Source: Candidatus Eiseniibacteriota bacterium
GTDB lineage: Bacteria; Eisenbacteria; RBG-16-71-46
Length of the DNA: 64,000 nt
Direction: 5' to 3'
Assembly: GCA_044223005.1 (NCBI GenBank)
Contig: JBGAML010000004.1
Location: forward strand, 160,001 to 224,000
Positions within the stretch are counted from its first letter, which is position 1. Each line of letters starts with the position of its first letter. Below the pieces are notes generated by a model that made no database searches, had not been told where the DNA came from, and was given only the letters and a program-made list of their open reading frames with translations. Shown here piece after piece: positions 59,171 to 64,000 of this stretch. The position numbers were made by a program, and so were the translations under genes.

Positions 59171-59410
59171 ATGAAGGCTGGTATCCATCCGGTTTACGAG
59201 ATGCGCGGGTTCCACTGCTACGGCTGCGGCACGGAGTGGAAGACGCGCACGACGCTCAAGCCCAGCACGTCCGACGGCAAGGTCCACCTGGACATCTGCT
59301 CGGCGTGCCACCCGTTCTTCACCGGCAAGCAGAAGCTGCTCGACAAGGCCGGTCGCGTGGATCGCTTCCGCAAGCGCTACGCGAAGGTGCAGGCGCCCGA
59401 GAACAGCTAG
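59171..59410 (+). CDS. rpmE: 50S ribosomal protein L31 (Zn-binding form)
   Basis: [39 protein letters not shown]. Confidence 0.96.
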   Translation: MKAGIHPVYEMRGFHCYGCGTEWKTRTTLKPSTSDGKVHLDICSACHPFFTGKQKLLDKAGRVDRFRKRYAKVQAPENS

Positions 59411-59421
59411 CGTCGTCCATT

Positions 59422-59471
59422 CGGCTCCCGCCGCGGAGGGTCCTCCTTCGCGCCGGGAGCCGTTTCTTTTT
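59422..59471 (+). terminator. Intrinsic terminator after rpmE
   Basis: CGGCTCCCG / CGGGAGCCG followed by a U-rich tract. Confidence 0.75.
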
Positions 59472-59485
59472 CGCGAGGAGTCCGC

Positions 59486-60433
59486 ATGCCGTTCCTCCCG
59501 GTCGGTGGCCAGGCGGTGATCGAGGGCGTGATGATGCGCGCGCCCTCCAAGGTCGCCGTCGTCGTGCGCCGTCCCGACGGTTCCACCGCCGTCCTCGACC
59601 GCCCGTTCGTCTCGATCACGACGCGCGTGCGCGCGCTCGGCCTGCCGGTCGTGCGCGGCGCCGTGTCGCTTTTCGAGACCATGTTCCTCGGGATCACCGC
59701 GCTCAACTTCAGCGCCGACGAAGCGACGCGCGAGGACGGTGAGGCCAAGCCCGCCGGCGCCGCCGGTGGCGCGATGGCCGCGGCGCAGGGCCTCACGGTG
59801 CTCGTCTCGCTCGCGGTGGGCCTCCTGCTCTTCGTGGTGCTGCCGGCGCGCATCGCGCCGCTCGTGCACCTGGGCTCCGCGATCCCGGCACGCATCCAGT
59901 TCGGGCTCGTGGACGGCGCGCTGCGCCTGGCCGCGTTCGTCGGCTACCTGCTGCTCATCTCGCAGTGGAAGGAGATGCGCCGCGTCCTCGGCTACCACGG
60001 CGCCGAGCACAAGGCGATCCACGCGCTCGAGGCCGGGGCGCCGCTCACGCCCGAGAGCGTGCAGACGTTCCCGCGGCTGCACCCGCGCTGCGGCACGACG
60101 TTCCTCTTCCTCGTGGTCGTGATCAGCATCGTCGTGTTCACGTTCATCGGGAAGCCCACGAACCTCGGCAGCCACCTGCTGCGCATCGCCTGCATGCCGC
60201 TGATCGCCGGCGTCGCGTTCGAGTTCATCCGGCTCTCGGGCAAGTATTTCGATCGCCCGTTCGTGCGCGCGATCACCTGGCCCGGGATGCAGTTCCAGCG
60301 CCTGACCACGCGCGAGCCCGATCTCGAGATGTGCGCCGTGGCGATCCGCTCGCTCGAGCGCGTGCTCGACGATCCGCTGGTGGTCAAGCTGCGCGCGGGC
60401 GGCGAGCGCGTCGAGGTCACGTTCGTCCAATGA
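59486..60433 (+). CDS. DUF1385 family membrane protein
   Basis: [26 protein letters not shown] and QRLTTREP; conserved rpmE-DUF1385-prfA context. Confidence 0.9.
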   Translation: MPFLPVGGQAVIEGVMMRAPSKVAVVVRRPDGSTAVLDRPFVSITTRVRALGLPVVRGAVSLFETMFLGITALNFSADEATREDGEAKPAGAAGGAMAAAQGLTVLVSLAVGLLLFVVLPARIAPLVHLGSAIPARIQFGLVDGALRLAAFVGYLLLISQWKEMRRVLGYHGAEHKAIHALEAGAPLTPESVQTFPRLHPRCGTTFLFLVVVISIVVFTFIGKPTNLGSHLLRIACMPLIAGVAFEFIRLSGKYFDRPFVRAITWPGMQFQRLTTREPDLEMCAVAIRSLERVLDDPLVVKLRAGGERVEVTFVQ

Positions 60434-61521
60434 TCGACGCCAACATCGACGAAGCCCTGCGCCGGGTCGAGTCGCGCTTCGCCGAGCTCGGCGAGCTGCT
60501 CTCGAGCCCGGACGTGCTGCGCGACCAGAAGAAGCTGCGGGACTTCTCGCGCGAGCGCTCGCGGCTCGAGGAGACGGTGAAGGCGTCGGCGGAGTACCGC
60601 GCGCTCGCGAAGACGATCGCCGACGACCACGAGGCGGTCGCCTCGGGCGATCCCGAGCTCGCCGAACTCGCAAACGCCGAACTGCCCGAGCTGGAGGCGA
60701 AGCTCGAGGCCATGGTGCCGCGCCTCAAGCAGCTGCTGCTGCCGCGCGACCCCGACGACGACAAGAACGTGATCGTCGAAATCCGCGCCGGTACGGGCGG
60801 CGACGAGGCGTCGCTGTTCGCGGCCGAGCTCTACCGCATGTACTCCAAGTACGCCGAACGCCGCCGCTGGAAGCAGGAAGTGATCAACACCAGCGAGTCC
60901 GAGGTCGGCGGCTACAAGGAGATCGTGTTCCAGCTGGAGGGCGACGGCGTCTACCGCCAGATGAAGTTCGAGTCCGGCGTGCACCGCGTCCAGCGCGTGC
61001 CCGAAACCGAAGCCTCCGGCCGCATCCACACCTCGGCCGCCACGGTCGCCGTGCTGCCCGAGGTCGAGGACGTCGACATCGAGATCCGCGAGGAGGACCT
61101 GCGTGTCGACGTCTACCGCGCCGGCGGCAAGGGCGGCCAGGGCGTGAACACGACGGACTCCGCGGTGCGCATCACGCACCTGCCGACCGGCGTCGTGGTG
61201 ACCTGCCAGGACGAACGCTCGCAGATCAAGAACCGCGCGAAGGCGATGAAGGTGCTGCGTGCCCGGCTCTACGACGCCCGGCTGCAGGAGGCGCAGGCCA
61301 AGTACGCCGCGCAGCGCCGCTCGCAGGTCTCGACCGGCGATCGCAGCGCCAAGATCCGCACCTACAACTTCCCGCAGGGCCGCGTCACCGACCATCGCAT
61401 CAACCTGACGCTCTACTCGCTCGGCAACTTCATGGAAGGCGACATCGCGGAGATGGGCGAGGCGCTGCTGGTCGCCGACACGACCGAGAAGCTCGCGGAG
61501 CTCGCGGGCGGCGGGAGCTGA
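60430..61521 (+). CDS. prfA: Peptide chain release factor 1
   Basis: [10 protein letters not shown] (PxT motif), GGQ and [16 protein letters not shown]. Confidence 0.97.
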   Translation: MIDANIDEALRRVESRFAELGELLSSPDVLRDQKKLRDFSRERSRLEETVKASAEYRALAKTIADDHEAVASGDPELAELANAELPELEAKLEAMVPRLKQLLLPRDPDDDKNVIVEIRAGTGGDEASLFAAELYRMYSKYAERRRWKQEVINTSESEVGGYKEIVFQLEGDGVYRQMKFESGVHRVQRVPETEASGRIHTSAATVAVLPEVEDVDIEIREEDLRVDVYRAGGKGGQGVNTTDSAVRITHLPTGVVVTCQDERSQIKNRAKAMKVLRARLYDARLQEAQAKYAAQRRSQVSTGDRSAKIRTYNFPQGRVTDHRINLTLYSLGNFMEGDIAEMGEALLVADTTEKLAELAGGGS

Positions 61522-61531
61522 CGGGCGCCCC

Positions 61532-62029
61532 ATGACGCCGATGGACCCGCAGGCGCGCCGCGTCGCGGACGCCATCAACCGCGCGGCGCTGCTCGTCACG
61601 CTCGCGGTCGCGGGGACGATCGGCGTGCTGTGGTGGCGCGGCGCGCATCGGGTGCACGAGGCGCCGCGGTGGCCCGCGAGCGGCGCCGTCGCACTCGCGC
61701 CGCCGGCGGCCGCGGGCCGCGCCGCGTGGATCATGGCCGTGAACCCGGACTGCCTGCACTGCCGCGAGCGGCTGGGCGCGCTCGCTGCGGCCCTGCCCGC
61801 GGCCGCGCCGCAGCCCGTGCTCGGCGTGCTGCTGGTGGACCTGGACGCGCGGCCCGATTCGCTGGCCGGCGGCGCGCGCTTCGCCGCGGGCGTGTGGTGG
61901 GATTCCGCGGCCACGTGGCGCCGGCGCTGGGGGCACACCGACTACGCCGAGGTGCTGGAGTTCGCGCCCGGCGGCGCGCTGCTCCGCGTGCTCGATCCCG
62001 ATTCCGCCGAAGCCGAGGCACGGCGCTGA
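61532..62029 (+). CDS. Membrane-anchored CxxC (thioredoxin-like) hypothetical protein
   Basis: N-terminal TM helix and VNPDCLHC; fills the prfA-prmC gap on the same strand. Confidence 0.55.
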   Translation: MTPMDPQARRVADAINRAALLVTLAVAGTIGVLWWRGAHRVHEAPRWPASGAVALAPPAAAGRAAWIMAVNPDCLHCRERLGALAAALPAAAPQPVLGVLLVDLDARPDSLAGGARFAAGVWWDSAATWRRRWGHTDYAEVLEFAPGGALLRVLDPDSAEAEARR

Positions 62030-62069
62030 GCGCGTCGCGGGCCCGGCGCGCGGCGGCTATGCTGCCCGC

Positions 62070-62978
62070 ATGATCGGAACGATCGCCGACACGTTGCGCG
62101 CGCTCGAAGCGCGGCTCGCCGCCACGAGCGACGTGGCACGCGCCGACGCGGAGGAACTGCTGAGCCGCGCGCTCGACTGCGGCCGCGGCGGCCTGCGCAC
62201 GCGCGGCCGCGAGCCGCTGCCCGAGTCCGTGGCGGCGACGCTCGAGCGCTGGGTGGCGCGCCGCCTCGCGGGCGAGCCGGTGCAGTACGTCACCGGGCGC
62301 GCCGCGTTCCGCGACCTCGACCTCGCGGTCGATCGCCGCGTGCTCGTGCCGCGGCCGGAGACGGAAGGACTCGTGGAAGCGGTGCTCGAGGTGCTGGCCG
62401 CCGAGCCCGCGCTCGGGACCGCGCCCGCGATCCTCGATCTCGGCACCGGCTCGGGCGCGATCGCACTCGCGCTCGCGCACGAGTGGCCGGCGGCCCGCGT
62501 CACCGCCACGGATGCGAGCGAGGGCGCACTCGCGGTGGCGCGCGCCAACGCCGGGGCGCTGGGCCTGGCGGCGCGGGTGCGGTTCGCGCACGGCGACTGG
62601 TTCGGCGCGCTCGCGGACGACGAGCGCTTCCAGGTGGTGGTCTCGAATCCGCCTTACATCGCGCCGGACGAGGCCGCGTCGCTGCCGGCGGACGTGCGGG
62701 ACTGGGAGCCGCACGCGGCGCTCTTCGCCGAGGACGGCGGCCTCGCCGACCTCCGCACGATCGTCGACGAGGCGCCGCGGCACCTGGTCGCCGGCGGGCT
62801 GCTCGCGCTGGAACTCGACGAGACGCGCGCCCACGAGGTCGCCGCGTGGCTCGAGGGCGCCCACGACTGGGCGCACGTCTCGGTGCGCGAGGATCTCTCG
62901 GGCCGGCCGCGCGTACTGCTCGCGCGGCGCGAGCGCGGTCCCGCGATCGCGCCCGCGCAGTGGGGCGAGGAGCGCTGA
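62070..62978 (+). CDS. prmC: Release-factor glutamine methyltransferase PrmC/HemK
   Basis: GEPVQYVTG, VLVPRPETE, LDLGTGSGAIA and VSNPPYI. Confidence 0.96.
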   Translation: MIGTIADTLRALEARLAATSDVARADAEELLSRALDCGRGGLRTRGREPLPESVAATLERWVARRLAGEPVQYVTGRAAFRDLDLAVDRRVLVPRPETEGLVEAVLEVLAAEPALGTAPAILDLGTGSGAIALALAHEWPAARVTATDASEGALAVARANAGALGLAARVRFAHGDWFGALADDERFQVVVSNPPYIAPDEAASLPADVRDWEPHAALFAEDGGLADLRTIVDEAPRHLVAGGLLALELDETRAHEVAAWLEGAHDWAHVSVREDLSGRPRVLLARRERGPAIAPAQWGEER

Positions 62979-63097
62979 TCCCGGAGCCGCTTCGTGCGAA
63001 TGCACCCGCGGGAGCGCGCGGCGCGACGCGGCGGGCGGCTTGCGCTAGGCTGTCGCACTGACGGCCGTCCCCCGATCGCGTCGACCCGAGGTGATTC

Positions 63098-63964
63098 ATG
63101 TCCGACGACATCGCAGCGCGCGGCTACGCGCGTCCCGAGGTGCTGGTCAGCACCGACTGGGTCGCCGCCCATCTCGACGACCCGCACGTGCGGATCGTCG
63201 AGTCGAACGAGGATCCGCTCCTCTATCCGTCGGGCCACATTCCCGGCGCGGTCGAAGTCGACTGGGCCGCCGACCTGAACGATCCGGTGCGACGCGACTA
63301 CCTGGGCCGCGCCGAGTTCTCGGCGCTCATGTCGCGCCTGGGCGTGACGCGGGAGACGACCGTCGTCTTCTACGGCGACAAGAGCAACTGGTGGGCGTGC
63401 TACGCGTTCTGGGTGTTCCAGCTGTTCGGCCACACGCACGCGAGGGTGATGGACGGTGGCCGGCTCAAGTGGGAGCAGGAGAAGCGCCCGCTGACGCGTG
63501 ACGTGCCGACGCCGAAGCCCACGGCCTACGTGGCCCCGGACCGCGACGACGTCCGCATCCGCGCGTTCCGCGACCAGGTGCTGCGCCACCAGGCCACCGG
63601 TAAGCCGCTGATCGACGTGCGCTCGCCCCAGGAGTTCTCGGGCGAACGCACGCACATGCCCGAGTATCCGCAGGAGGGCGTGCTGCGGGGCGGTCACGTC
63701 CCCGGCGCGAAGAACGTGCCGTGGGCGCGCGCCGCGCGGCCGGAGGACGGCACGTTCCGCCCGGCGGCCGAGCTGCGCGCGATCTACGAGGGCGAAGCGC
63801 GCCTCAAGCCCGACGACGACGTCATCGCCTACTGCCGCATCGGCGAACGCAGCAGCCACACGTGGTTCGTGCTCACGTACCTGCTCGGCTTCGCGCGGGT
63901 GCGCAACTACGACGGCAGCTGGACCGAATGGGGCAACTCGGTCGGCCTGCCCATCGAGAGGTGA
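63098..63964 (+). CDS. Tandem-domain rhodanese (thiosulfate/3-mercaptopyruvate sulfurtransferase)
   Basis: [14 protein letters not shown] and NYDGSWTEW. Confidence 0.93.
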   Translation: MSDDIAARGYARPEVLVSTDWVAAHLDDPHVRIVESNEDPLLYPSGHIPGAVEVDWAADLNDPVRRDYLGRAEFSALMSRLGVTRETTVVFYGDKSNWWACYAFWVFQLFGHTHARVMDGGRLKWEQEKRPLTRDVPTPKPTAYVAPDRDDVRIRAFRDQVLRHQATGKPLIDVRSPQEFSGERTHMPEYPQEGVLRGGHVPGAKNVPWARAARPEDGTFRPAAELRAIYEGEARLKPDDDVIAYCRIGERSSHTWFVLTYLLGFARVRNYDGSWTEWGNSVGLPIER

Positions 63965-63965
63965 C

Positions 63966-64000
63966 ATGACGGTTCCCGTGCGGCTTCCCGGCCCGCTCGC
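63966..64000 (+). CDS. Start of a truncated CDS (MTVPVRLPGPL...), possibly a MoaD/ThiS- or SufE-like sulfur carrier
   Basis: ATG 1 nt after the rhodanese stop; only 11 codons are visible. Confidence 0.35.
   Translation, partial: MTVPVRLPGPL

Overview
This is a very high-GC (roughly 70%+ by eye), diderm bacterial chromosome segment. PorV-like and FlgD-Ig-tailed proteins, Wzi, LpxH and several sigma-54 activators suggest an FCB-related candidate lineage such as Ca. Eisenbacteria (inference only). Most of it is housekeeping and envelope genes: ftsB, eno, an ECF sigma/anti-sigma module, rlmN with an NtrY/NtrX-like pair, ppx, lpxH, degP, an amidase, a tandem 5'-nucleotidase, lpdA, a Wzy-dependent polysaccharide locus, rho, an L,D-transpeptidase, rpmE, prfA, prmC and a rhodanese. 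No rRNA, tRNA, CRISPR array or mobile element was recognised. The most interesting element is at 13.8-18.2 kb. A small secreted Trp-rich protein gene is followed by a 1056-aa TPR-GAF-AAA+-HTH sigma-54 enhancer-binding protein, then a -24/-12 sigma-54 promoter, then a ~430-nt highly structured region ending in an intrinsic terminator. The structured region has long stems and adjacent GNRA and UUCG tetraloops and looks like an undescribed large ncRNA. Together these may form a peptide-sensing, sigma-54-driven RNA circuit. A second, near-perfect sigma-54 promoter at 51384-51399 (- strand) appears to drive a ~115-nt terminated sRNA with C-rich anti-SD-like segments. All product calls come from motif recognition by eye; no database search or folding was run.
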